Assembly: GCA_027310965.1 (NCBI GenBank)
Contig: DAICZW010000002.1
Location: forward strand, 14,108-46,370
DNA from: a bacterium
GTDB taxonomy: Bacteria > Patescibacteriota > Minisyncoccia > UBA6257 > 2-01-FULL-56-20
Direction: 5' to 3'
Length of the DNA: 32,263 bases
Part shown: in pieces, positions 15,684 to 24,441 of the stretch
Position numbering within the stretch: position 1 is the first letter of the stretch
How the letters are laid out: each line of letters starts with the position of its first letter
Notes under the pieces: generated by a model
The model's input: the letters and a program-made list of their open reading frames with translations, nothing else
What the model was told of the DNA's origin: nothing
The model's database searches: none
Made by a program: the position numbers and the translations under genes

Positions 15684-18107
15684 ATGGAAAACAAAAAGGC
15701 AAACGTTCCCACTATTTTCGTAGTGCTTGGCGCAACGGGCGATCTTATGGCAAGAAAGATCGTTCCGGCGCTTTTTAATCTGCACGAGAGAAAAAAACTG
15801 CCGCATCGTTTCAAATTGGTGGGCATTTCGCGGCGCGGCTGGACCGATGAAGACCTGAAAAAACACATCGCCACCATTCTTGCCGTGAAGGCGCCCGGCG
15901 CGTCCGCGGCAAACGTGGCGTCGTTTTTGGAATTGGCGCAGTACCATAAAATTGAATTCAACGATCGTTCCGATTATGTCGGACTGGGTGATGCGTTGAA
16001 AAAAATCGATAAAGCATGGGGCATGTGCGCGAACAAACTGTTTTATCTTTCGGTCCATCCGCAGTTTTATGATGTGATTTTTGAAAACATCCACGCGAGC
16101 CATCTTGCCGACGGGTGCGGACCGGACGAAGGCTGGACGCGCATCGTGGTGGAAAAACCGTTCGGGAACGACGAAAAAAGCGCGAAGGCGCTGGACGCGC
16201 GCCTCGCCAGGCTTTTTAAAGAAGAGCAGATTTATCGCATCGACCATTATCTCGCCAAGGAAATGCTCCAGAATATTCTTGCATTCCGGTTCGGAAACAA
16301 TCTTTTTGAAGGGGAATGGGACCGCGGTTTTATCGAAGCGATTAATATCAGGCTTTTTGAAAGCATTGGCGTGGAAGATCGCGGTGGATTTTATGACGGC
16401 GTGGGAATGCTGCGCGATGTCGGGCAGAACCACCTTCTTGCGATGCTTGCGCTGATTACGATGGAAAAACCGGAACGGTATGACGCCGCGGCAATACGGC
16501 GCGCCCGCGCGGAACTTTTGCGCACGCTGAAAATACCGACCGTCGCCGAAGCGGCGGCATCGTCGTTCCGCGCGCAATACGACGGCTACCGGTCCATAAA
16601 AGCCGTTGCGGCGGATTCGCAAACCGAGACGTATTTCAAGATAAAAGGATATCTTGCGGGGCGGCGATGGGAAGGCATTCCCGTCGTGATGGAATCAGGC
16701 AAGCGCATGGGGATAGCGCGTAAGGAAATCGAAATCATTCTGCGTCATCGGCGTCCTTGTTTTTGTCCGGACGGCAATCATCAAAAAAATCGCATCGTGA
16801 TCCGTCTCGAGCCCAAAGAAGGGATTACGATTGCGTTCTTTTCGAAAAAAAAGGGATATTCGTTCGAGACCGAGGAGCGGTCGCTTGCGTTTGATTTTCG
16901 GGACGAAAACGTTCCCGCCGCCGGCATCCGTAAAAAAGAAGCTCATGCGCAGTACACCGAAGAATATGAAAAATTGCTTTTGGATTGCATCGCGGGCGAT
17001 CAGACCCTTTTTGTTTCGAGCGAAGAAGTCACCGCGATGTGGCGGTTCACCGATCCCTTTATCGCCGCATGGGAAAAGAAGCTGGTGCCGCTCCGGCATT
17101 ACGCTCCCGACCATGACGCCATCGCCGGAGAAGCCGACGCCATCGACCGGACGCGGTCGCGGAACATCCCCGTTGCGCCGAAGGAAATCGGCGTCATCGG
17201 CCTTGGCAAGATGGGCGCAGGCGTGGTCCGCCAGCTTCATGAAAAAGGATGGCGCGTTGTCGCCGCAAACCGGTCGCCGGAGCCCGTGCGCGAAATGGAA
17301 AGGGAAGGTATCGCGGGCGCCTTTTCGTCCGCTGATCTTGCTGCGAAATTAAAATCGCCGCGGATTGTCTGGATTATGATTACGGCCGGAAAAGGAGTTG
17401 ATGAAAATTTATTCGGCAAAAACGGCATTGCTGGACACCTTAAAAAAGGAGATATCGTAATCGACGCGGGCAATTCGTTTTATGAAGACACGATCCGCCG
17501 CGCAAAAATTTTCAAAAGAAAGGGAATCCGCTTTATGGATGTCGGATTTTCGGGCGGTCCCGCCGGCGCGCGCCATGGCGGTTCGCTGATGATCGGCGGC
17601 GAGAGGAAGACATTCGAATATCTGGAGCCGCTTTTCCGCGACCTTTCCGTGCCGCAAGGATATGAATATTTCGGCGAAGCCGGCGCGGGGCATTTTGTGA
17701 AGATGGTGCATAACGGCATCGAGTATGGCATGATGCAGTCGATCGCCGAAGGGTTCGCGCTTATGAAAAAATCAAAGTTCCGTCTTGATGTCCGGAAAAT
17801 TGCCGAGGTTTATAACCGCGGGAGCGTCGTCGAATCGCGGCTGGTCGGCTGGCTCGAAGATGCGTTCCGCATTTACGGAAAAGACTTGAAAACGGTGTCC
17901 GGTTCGGTGGCGTACACCGGCGAAGGCGAGTGGACCGTGAAGACCGGTAAAAAAATGAAAATGAAACTGCCCGTTATAGAGGACGCTTTCAAATTCCGCG
18001 TTCGTTCGAAAAAATCGCCGAGCTACACGGGGAAGGTCCTTTCCGCCATGCGCAATCGTTTCGGCGGCCATGCAATCGGTGATAAAAATAAAAATAAGAA
18101 AAAATAA
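15684..18107 (+). CDS. zwf-gnd: fused glucose-6-phosphate dehydrogenase / 6-phosphogluconate dehydrogenase (short type)
   Basis: GATGDL, EKPFG, RIDHYLAKE, DVGQNH (G6PDH); from aa ~500 GLGKMG, IDAGNS, SGGPAGA, KMVHNGIEYG, MRNRFGGH (6PGDH). Confidence 0.93.
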   Translation: MENKKANVPTIFVVLGATGDLMARKIVPALFNLHERKKLPHRFKLVGISRRGWTDEDLKKHIATILAVKAPGASAANVASFLELAQYHKIEFNDRSDYVGLGDALKKIDKAWGMCANKLFYLSVHPQFYDVIFENIHASHLADGCGPDEGWTRIVVEKPFGNDEKSAKALDARLARLFKEEQIYRIDHYLAKEMLQNILAFRFGNNLFEGEWDRGFIEAINIRLFESIGVEDRGGFYDGVGMLRDVGQNHLLAMLALITMEKPERYDAAAIRRARAELLRTLKIPTVAEAAASSFRAQYDGYRSIKAVAADSQTETYFKIKGYLAGRRWEGIPVVMESGKRMGIARKEIEIILRHRRPCFCPDGNHQKNRIVIRLEPKEGITIAFFSKKKGYSFETEERSLAFDFRDENVPAAGIRKKEAHAQYTEEYEKLLLDCIAGDQTLFVSSEEVTAMWRFTDPFIAAWEKKLVPLRHYAPDHDAIAGEADAIDRTRSRNIPVAPKEIGVIGLGKMGAGVVRQLHEKGWRVVAANRSPEPVREMEREGIAGAFSSADLAAKLKSPRIVWIMITAGKGVDENLFGKNGIAGHLKKGDIVIDAGNSFYEDTIRRAKIFKRKGIRFMDVGFSGGPAGARHGGSLMIGGERKTFEYLEPLFRDLSVPQGYEYFGEAGAGHFVKMVHNGIEYGMMQSIAEGFALMKKSKFRLDVRKIAEVYNRGSVVESRLVGWLEDAFRIYGKDLKTVSGSVAYTGEGEWTVKTGKKMKMKLPVIEDAFKFRVRSKKSPSYTGKVLSAMRNRFGGHAIGDKNKNKKK

Positions 18108-18158
18108 CCGGCGCAACGATCCTTTTTTAAATCCGCGGTAAAAGTATATAATGGAACG

Positions 18159-19130
18159 ATGATTTTACAGGACATAAAAGATTTCAATAAGCAGTTCGGA
18201 TGGGAGCCGGATGTTTTAAATGCGGCGCATCTGCCGCGGGGCGCAAAAAAAATCATCGTGTGCGGCATGGGCGGGTCGCATCTGGCGGCGGATATTTTGA
18301 GCGCGTGGAAACCGGAATGGAACATCGTCATTTGGAACGATTACGGCCTGCCGCCGCTTTCCGAACGCGATAAAAAAGAGTGTCTTATCATCGCGAGTTC
18401 GCACTCCGGCGATACCGAGGAAACGATCAGCGCGTTCCTCGAGGCGAAGGAGCGGCGTTTGCCGCTTACGGCGGTGGCGTCCGGCGGTGAACTGCTCTCG
18501 CTCGCGAAAAGTTTCGGCGTGCCGTACGTCGTTATGCCGGACGGATCCATCCAGCCGCGTATGGCGCTCGGGTTTTCAATGAAAGCCATACTCGCGCTTA
18601 TGGGCGAACGGTCGGCGTTGAAAGAAGTTACGTCGCTTGAACATATGCTTACTCCGGCGCATTCCGAAACTATCGGAAAAAAAATGGCGAAAAAATTAAA
18701 AGGCAGCGTTCCTGTTATTTACGCGTCGCGCCGCAACGGCGTTGTCGCGTGGAATTGGAAAATCGTTTTGAACGAAACGGGGAAAATTCCCGCGTTTGCG
18801 AACGTTTTTCCGGAATTGAATCATAACGAGATGACCGGTTTCGACGTGAAAAAAGGAACCCGCGGCCTTTCCGCGAAATTCCATTTTATTTTTTTGCGCG
18901 ATGATGACGACGATCCGCGGATCGCAAAAAGGATGAAAGTGATCGAGAAACTTTTCGCTGCGCGCGGGTTCAGGGTTTCCGCCGTTGAGTTTCGCGGCGG
19001 ACATCGCATCGCAAAGATATTTTCTTCCATCAATACGGCGCAATGGACGGCATTCCATCTCGCGAAGCTCTACGGCGTGGAAGCCGAGAAGGTTCCGATG
19101 GTTGAGGAATTCAAAAAAATGATCGCGTAG
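18159..19130 (+). CDS. bifunctional phosphoglucose/phosphomannose isomerase (SIS family)
   Basis: CGMGGS, SSHSGDTEET, QPRMALG, NETGK, FPELNHNE, final EEFK. Confidence 0.92.
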   Translation: MILQDIKDFNKQFGWEPDVLNAAHLPRGAKKIIVCGMGGSHLAADILSAWKPEWNIVIWNDYGLPPLSERDKKECLIIASSHSGDTEETISAFLEAKERRLPLTAVASGGELLSLAKSFGVPYVVMPDGSIQPRMALGFSMKAILALMGERSALKEVTSLEHMLTPAHSETIGKKMAKKLKGSVPVIYASRRNGVVAWNWKIVLNETGKIPAFANVFPELNHNEMTGFDVKKGTRGLSAKFHFIFLRDDDDDPRIAKRMKVIEKLFAARGFRVSAVEFRGGHRIAKIFSSINTAQWTAFHLAKLYGVEAEKVPMVEEFKKMIA

Positions 19131-19151
19131 GATTATTGGTCGTTTTTTTCA

Positions 19152-19283
19152 TTCTGTCATCCTGGAACTTTGAGTCTTCGAAAAATATCCAGGATCCAGA
19201 TTAATTTTTTCTTAATGATTCCCAAAATATAAAATTCAAACCTGGATCCTGGATAACCGAGGACGGTTTCCAGGATGACAGAA
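19152..19283. repeat. family 1-related doublet with perfect outer (16 bp) and inner (14 bp) inverted repeats
   Basis: TTCTGTCATCCTGGAA..TATCCAGGATCCAG / CTGGATCCTGGATA..TTCCAGGATGACAGAA. Confidence 0.88.
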
Positions 19284-19390
19284 AAAAATATTTACGCCTG
19301 AGGATAACAAAGGAGACGAGAGTTGAAAATTGATTAAAATTTTCTTAAAGACCGCTTTGTAAAACGTGTGGCGCGCGGTAGATTTTATCG

Positions 19391-20377
19391 ATGCGTGTTC
19401 CACTGATTAAAAAAGCGGCCATAGCGCTTGGTGTTGCTTTCGTATCAATAAAAAAAGCGGCCATAGTGTTGGCTATTGTTTCCGCGGCGGCACTCGGCGG
19501 ATTTTTGACGGGACATTTTTATCCTTCTTCCGCTTTTACATCAAACGAACCGGCGATTTTTTACAGTCTGGACAAGCGGGCGAACGATCAGGCGATCATT
19601 GATGTTGTGAACGGCGCGCAACGATATATTTATTTCGCCGTTTACGTTTTTACGAAAAGCAATATCGCGGACGCGCTGGTTGCCGCGAAACAACGTGGCA
19701 TCGATGTGCGCGGCATCACCGATGCGGGGGAAGCCGTAACCGCATACGAAAAGCCGGTCATTCAGGAACTGGCGGCCGCGGGTATCGCGGTCGAAACGCA
19801 GAAACATGCGGACGGCCTGATGCATATCAAGGCGATCGTGACGGACAAGGCATATGCGATGGGCAGTTATAACTGGACGGAGTCGGCGACGGTCGCGAAC
19901 GACGAACTTTTGGAAGTGGGGACCGACGATCGTCTGCGCGGCGAGTACGCGGACATCATCAAGAATATTTTAACGGTAAACAGGGGGAGTGACGGCGCGC
20001 CGGACACGCGGAACGGAACGGAAAATAATCGGCAAAACGCAGCCCGCGGCGGCGCGCCGGGCGCAACCGGCGCCGGTGGCGGAAAAGTTTATCCTTATTT
20101 CGATGCGGCGGCTCACATCGGCGAGACGGCGACCGTTCGCGGCGCGCCGGTCGATATTTATATTTCGACCGGCGGCATGGTGTTTTTCGATTATTGCAAA
20201 GATTATAAAAACTGTCCGTTCAGCGCGGTGATCTTTGCGTCGGACGCGCCAAAGTTTGAAAACGTTTCGCAATATCAGGGCAAAGAAATAGACATCACCG
20301 GCGCAATAAAAAGTTATGGCGGCAAAGTGGAAATAGTGATAAGTGATCCCGGGCAGATTGCGGTGAGTGGATCATAA
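19391..20377 (+). CDS. membrane-anchored PLD-family (Nuc-like) nuclease with C-terminal OB-fold-like domain
   Basis: N-terminal hydrophobic segment, single HIKAIVTD + GSYNWT motif, Gly-rich linker, FSAVIF..YQGKEIDITG.I..Y C-domain. Confidence 0.8.
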   Translation: MRVPLIKKAAIALGVAFVSIKKAAIVLAIVSAAALGGFLTGHFYPSSAFTSNEPAIFYSLDKRANDQAIIDVVNGAQRYIYFAVYVFTKSNIADALVAAKQRGIDVRGITDAGEAVTAYEKPVIQELAAAGIAVETQKHADGLMHIKAIVTDKAYAMGSYNWTESATVANDELLEVGTDDRLRGEYADIIKNILTVNRGSDGAPDTRNGTENNRQNAARGGAPGATGAGGGKVYPYFDAAAHIGETATVRGAPVDIYISTGGMVFFDYCKDYKNCPFSAVIFASDAPKFENVSQYQGKEIDITGAIKSYGGKVEIVISDPGQIAVSGS

Positions 20378-20405
20378 TAACGGGAAATGGATTATAATTG
20401 AGAAC

Positions 20406-20552
20406 ATGTCGGATATAACCATACGAATAATGTCTTATAAAGCGAAGCGATATTTACCCGGCTGTCTGGATAGTATTTTTGAAGAAAGAGATATCTGTAA
20501 TTCGCTGAAGATAAAAAATGGAAAATATTTTTCGTGCAAGACGCGACGATAA
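20406..20552 (+). pseudogene. possible N-terminal fragment of a family 2 glycosyltransferase
   Basis: DITIRIMSYKAKRYLPGCLDSIF resembles the GT2 first strand-helix; TATAAT 7 nt upstream; ORF stops after 48 aa. Confidence 0.45.
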
Positions 20553-20671
20553 CGCATTTTTATTACGGAAGCCGGACACGGCCTCAAAATATAAGCTATT
20601 TCCAAGAATAAAAAAATTTTATAAAAAGTTGCCGCAAGGAGACGCAACGTAAGCGGTATCAATATTTTTTT

Positions 20672-21142
20672 ATGGTTGCAATCAAAAAATCAAAAACCGT
20701 TTCGTGGACGCATCACGCGCGGGCGAAGATGAATTTTTATCGGCTTTCCGAAGCACGGGTGCGGCGGGTGCTCAATGCGCCGAAAAGGACCGAGGAAGGC
20801 GTCGCGCCGAAAACGGTCGCAATGATGCAGCCGGCATCGCTTATATTTAAAATTAAAAGAGATGCCGTTGCCGCCTTTGACTTTGACCGCGGCCGGGGGC
20901 AGGTTTCGGCGGGGACCCCCGTAAAATCAAGCCGCACGTGGAACGATAAAGCGCCGAAAAATGAATCATGGTCGCAGGAAATCTGGGTGATGGTGGAGGA
21001 TTCGCACGATCGCCGGACGATCATCAGCGCGTGGCGCTATCCGGGAAGAACGAGGCCAAAAAGCGAAACCGCGCTTGCGAAGATGCGCGAAGAATACCGG
21101 TCGTTTACCGCACAACGCGTTGATGGAGGTGATAAACAATAA
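20672..21142 (+). CDS. DUF4258-like hypothetical protein
   Basis: WTHHARAKM..RVRRVLNAP.R...EIWVM..IISAWRYP pattern; central insert derived in part from a repeat. Confidence 0.65.
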   Translation: MVAIKKSKTVSWTHHARAKMNFYRLSEARVRRVLNAPKRTEEGVAPKTVAMMQPASLIFKIKRDAVAAFDFDRGRGQVSAGTPVKSSRTWNDKAPKNESWSQEIWVMVEDSHDRRTIISAWRYPGRTRPKSETALAKMREEYRSFTAQRVDGGDKQ

Positions 21143-21208
21143 CGATGGAGAGCGCAAAAGCGGGCGGCCTCATACAGAGAGTGGAAAAAATAATAAAAAT
21201 GTGGCATA

Positions 21209-21670
21209 ATGAGAATTATGATCCTTACCAGTCCTCATTTTGAAAATGGCGGCGCGATACCCGTGCGATATACGTGCGACGGAGGCGGCATCAATCCGGA
21301 GCTCCAGATCCAGAATGTTCCGGATGGGGCGAAAAGTTTGGCACTCATTATGCACGACCCCGATGCGCCGATGCCGGGCGGTTTTACGCACTGGGTGGTG
21401 TGGAATATCAATCCCGCAACGGCGGTCATCAAAGCGGAGAGCGTTCCGGCGGGAAGCGCCGAAGGAGCGACGAGCGGCGGAAACGCGCATTACGTAGCGC
21501 CGTGCCCGCATAAAGGAACACATCGCTATATTTTTTATTTATACGCGCTCGCAAACACGCTTGATCTTCCCGCCGGATCTTCGGCGGCGCGGGTGAAAAA
21601 AGAAATCGAAAAATATCTTCTTGCGGAAACCGAACTTATGGGAACGTATAAAAGAATAAACGAAAAGTGA
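21209..21670 (+). CDS. YbhB/YbcL (PEBP/RKIP-like) protein
   Basis: YTCDG, DPDAP, FTHWVVWNI, PCP..GTHRY.FYLYAL. Confidence 0.93.
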   Translation: MRIMILTSPHFENGGAIPVRYTCDGGGINPELQIQNVPDGAKSLALIMHDPDAPMPGGFTHWVVWNINPATAVIKAESVPAGSAEGATSGGNAHYVAPCPHKGTHRYIFYLYALANTLDLPAGSSAARVKKEIEKYLLAETELMGTYKRINEK

Positions 21671-21673
21671 AAA

Positions 21674-21729
21674 GCGGCCCAATTCTTATTGGGCCGTCCT
21701 TAACCGGAGTCGAGGACGACAGAGAAGAA
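21674..21729. repeat. hairpin followed by a partial family 1 unit
   Basis: CGGCCCAAT-TCTT-ATTGGGCCG then TCCTTAACCGGAGTCGAGGACGACAGAG. Confidence 0.6.
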
Positions 21730-21759
21730 TAAATTTCATAAACGATCGTAAATATAGAC

Positions 21760-22335
21760 ATGTCATTTAAAGAAATTAAAAAAACGGAAATCGAAATTAT
21801 CACAGATTCGCTTGCGGGCGATGCCGGCGCTTTTGCGATTCTTGTCGAGTGCCACGTGGATGCCGTTTATAAATTCGCTTATTCTTACGTCCGCGATGCG
21901 GCGGAGGCAGAGGATATCGCGCAGGAAACGTTCATGCGCGCGTGGAAACACCTGAAAAAATTCGACCGGGAAAAAAAATTCAAAACATGGCTTTTTGCGA
22001 TTGCGAAAAACGCCGCGCTTGATTCCATAAAAAAGAAAAGGCCGCTGTTTTTTTCGCGTATGGCGGAAAGCGACGACGCGCTGGCGTCTTTACTTGCGCC
22101 CTATGCCGAAGAAAGCGTGTCGCTGGATCGCATAATAGACCAAAAGATCCTCAAAACCGGCATCGGAAAGGCGCTTGATAAACTTCCGGCATTGCATCGG
22201 GCCGTTTTTGAGCTGCGTTATAACGAAAATCTTAAGTTCATCGAGATCGCGGAAAAGCTCTGCGAGCCGATCGATACCGTGAAAAGCCGCCATCGCCGGG
22301 GACTCATAATGCTCCGTGAGGCGCTGACGGGATAG
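21760..22335 (+). CDS. ECF-type sigma-70 factor
   Basis: AEDIAQETF.RAW, FKTWLFAIAKN region 2; EIAEKL...DTVKSR region 4. Confidence 0.93.
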   Translation: MSFKEIKKTEIEIITDSLAGDAGAFAILVECHVDAVYKFAYSYVRDAAEAEDIAQETFMRAWKHLKKFDREKKFKTWLFAIAKNAALDSIKKKRPLFFSRMAESDDALASLLAPYAEESVSLDRIIDQKILKTGIGKALDKLPALHRAVFELRYNENLKFIEIAEKLCEPIDTVKSRHRRGLIMLREALTG

Positions 22336-22350
22336 AGCGTTTCGAATTTT

Positions 22351-22441
22351 CTGTCATCTTCGCCTGGAGCCGGGAACGCATGCTTTAAAAATTTTAAAAA
22401 AGACGGGAAGCGCGGGTCGTCCGTCTTCGCGGACGATGACA
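22351..22441. repeat. family 1 doublet
   Basis: CTGTCATCTTCG...CATGCTT / AGACGGGAAGCGCGGGTCGTCCG..CGGACGATGACA. Confidence 0.8.
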
Positions 22442-22475
22442 AGAGGAGGCGGCAAAACTAAAATTTTTTTCCCCC

Positions 22476-24200
22476 ATGAAAGATTCCATTCTTACGATTT
22501 TAAGATCATTACTGCCTGCCGGTACGCCGGTTGACGTTTCCGTGCCGGAACAGGAAACATTCGGCCATTACTCGACGAACGTCGCGATGCGGCTTGCGTC
22601 CGTTAAAGGCGCAAAAAAAGCGGGCGCAACGCCGATGGCGGTTGCGCAAGAGCTTGCCGTGAAAATCGAGGCCGCCGCTCCCGCCGGTTTTTTTGAAAAA
22701 ATCGAGGCCGCCGCTCCCGGGTTCGTTAATTTCTGGTTGAGCAAAAAAACGCTGCAGGAAGAATTTAAAAAAGTTTTTTCGGATAAAAATTACGGCAGGA
22801 GCGAGAGCGGAAAAAAGAAAACGGTGATTGTGGAATATTCCTCGCCGAACATCGCAAAAATTTTGAATGTGGGGCATTTACGGAACACGATCATCGGCGA
22901 ATCGCTCGCCAATATTTTCGAGTTTTCGGGGTATACCGTGATCCGCTGGAATTATCTCGGCGATTGGGGAACGCAGTTCGGGAAACTTATCGCGGCGTAC
23001 CGGCAATGGGGCGATAAAAAAGCGGTAATGAAGAATCCCATCGAAGCATTGCAGAAGCTGTATGTCCGTTTCCACGAAGAAACGAAATCGGATCCGGAGC
23101 TCGAAAGGCGCGGGCAGGAAGAATTCAAAAAACTCGAAGGCGGCGACAAGGAAAACCGGAAATTATGGAAGTGGTTCAGGGAAGAGTCGATAAAGGAGCT
23201 CAAGCGGTCTTATAAAGCGCTCGGTGTCGATTTCGACGTATGGACAGGCGAAAGTTTTTTTGAAAACGAAATGAAGCCGGTTGTGCGGGAATTGTGCGAG
23301 CGCGGCATTGCCGAACGCAGCGAGGGCGCGATGGTGATCAAGCTTGATGCGTTCAATCTGCCGCCGGCGCTTATCGAGAAGTCCGATGGCGCGAGTTTAT
23401 ATCTCACGCGTGATATTGCGAATCTCCGCTATCGGCTCAAAAAATATAAGCCGGCGAAGATATTATATGTGATCGGCAATGAGCAGTCGTTCCAGTTCGA
23501 GCAGCTTTTTGCCGTCGCAAAAGTGCTGAAACTGGATTCCGCCGAACTGCGGCACGTGAAATACGGTCTTGTGCGCGGCGAGAGCGGGAAGAAACTCTCG
23601 ACGAGGGAGGGCCGCACGGTTTCCATGAACGAGATTCTCGGGAAGGCGGTCGCCCTTGCGAAAGAGGCGGTTCAAAAAAAGAACGCGGAACTTTCGGAAA
23701 AAGAAAAAAACGAGATTGCGGAAGCGGTCGGCATCGGCGCCGTGAAATATAACGACCTCAAAGAGAACCGGATGACGGATATCGTTTTTAATTGGGAACG
23801 GATGCTTGCGTTCACGGGCGACAGCGGACCGTATCTGCAATATACCTATGCGAGGATGCGGAGTATTTTAAGAAAATCAGGATACGCGGAACGGGACGCG
23901 AAGGACGCGGGACGCGACTTTGCGGCGCTTGACGGCGATGCGGCGCTTGCGCTAATGCGGAAGCTGTTCGAATTTCCCGATGCCGTCAAAAAATCAAACG
24001 AGCTTCTCATGACGAGTCCGCTCGCGGATTATTTATACAAGTTTGCGTCCGTCGCGAACAAATTCTATGAAACGACGCCGATATTGAAAGACGAGAACGA
24101 ATCCCGCCGCCAGGCGCGGCTCACGCTTATTGAAACCGCCGCCCGCGTCCTGAAAACCGGCCTCGGTCTCTTGGGTATCCAGGCGCCGGAAAAGATTTAA
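22476..24200 (+). CDS. argS: arginine--tRNA ligase
   Basis: FGHYSTN, EYSSPNIAK.LNVGH, GDWGTQFG, KSDG.SLY.TRD, GDSGPYLQY. Confidence 0.98.
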   Translation: MKDSILTILRSLLPAGTPVDVSVPEQETFGHYSTNVAMRLASVKGAKKAGATPMAVAQELAVKIEAAAPAGFFEKIEAAAPGFVNFWLSKKTLQEEFKKVFSDKNYGRSESGKKKTVIVEYSSPNIAKILNVGHLRNTIIGESLANIFEFSGYTVIRWNYLGDWGTQFGKLIAAYRQWGDKKAVMKNPIEALQKLYVRFHEETKSDPELERRGQEEFKKLEGGDKENRKLWKWFREESIKELKRSYKALGVDFDVWTGESFFENEMKPVVRELCERGIAERSEGAMVIKLDAFNLPPALIEKSDGASLYLTRDIANLRYRLKKYKPAKILYVIGNEQSFQFEQLFAVAKVLKLDSAELRHVKYGLVRGESGKKLSTREGRTVSMNEILGKAVALAKEAVQKKNAELSEKEKNEIAEAVGIGAVKYNDLKENRMTDIVFNWERMLAFTGDSGPYLQYTYARMRSILRKSGYAERDAKDAGRDFAALDGDAALALMRKLFEFPDAVKKSNELLMTSPLADYLYKFASVANKFYETTPILKDENESRRQARLTLIETAARVLKTGLGLLGIQAPEKI

Positions 24201-24201
24201 G

Positions 24202-24370
24202 AATAGGACATGCGCATTTAAAAAAAATCATAAGAAAATATCTCAAACCGCATCGGACAAGGCCCGTTCCTCCGTTATTTTCCGGTTATTTTTATCGCCG
24301 AGCACCCGTCGGACTACGTCCCGGAAAATAACCGGAAAATGTCTCGTACTCGGCACAAGCGCGTACGTCC
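24202..24370 (+). repeat. family 2 element interrupted by a ~100-bp insert with a 16-bp internal inverted repeat
   Basis: Family 2 core to CTCAAACCG (24250), resumes GCACAAGCGCGTACGTCC; ATTTTCCGGTTATTTT (24277-24292) pairs with AAAATAACCGGAAAAT (24325-24340). Confidence 0.8.
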
Positions 24371-24441
24371 CGAAGAAAACATTATCGAGGCAGAATCTCG
24401 ATAATGTTGAGATTCGTTGAAAAATCTGGTATTTTTAGAGA

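Noticed and set aside
15582-16622. Long antisense ORFs (346 aa here; also 9679-10422, 8364-9032, 4345-4926 and others)
   Set aside because: They are shadows of well-supported genes on the opposite strand and have no recognisable motifs.
24202-24441. T-box riboswitch upstream of ileS
   Set aside because: No T-box consensus found; the region is explained by a family 2 repeat, and a -10 box lies 6 nt from the ATG.
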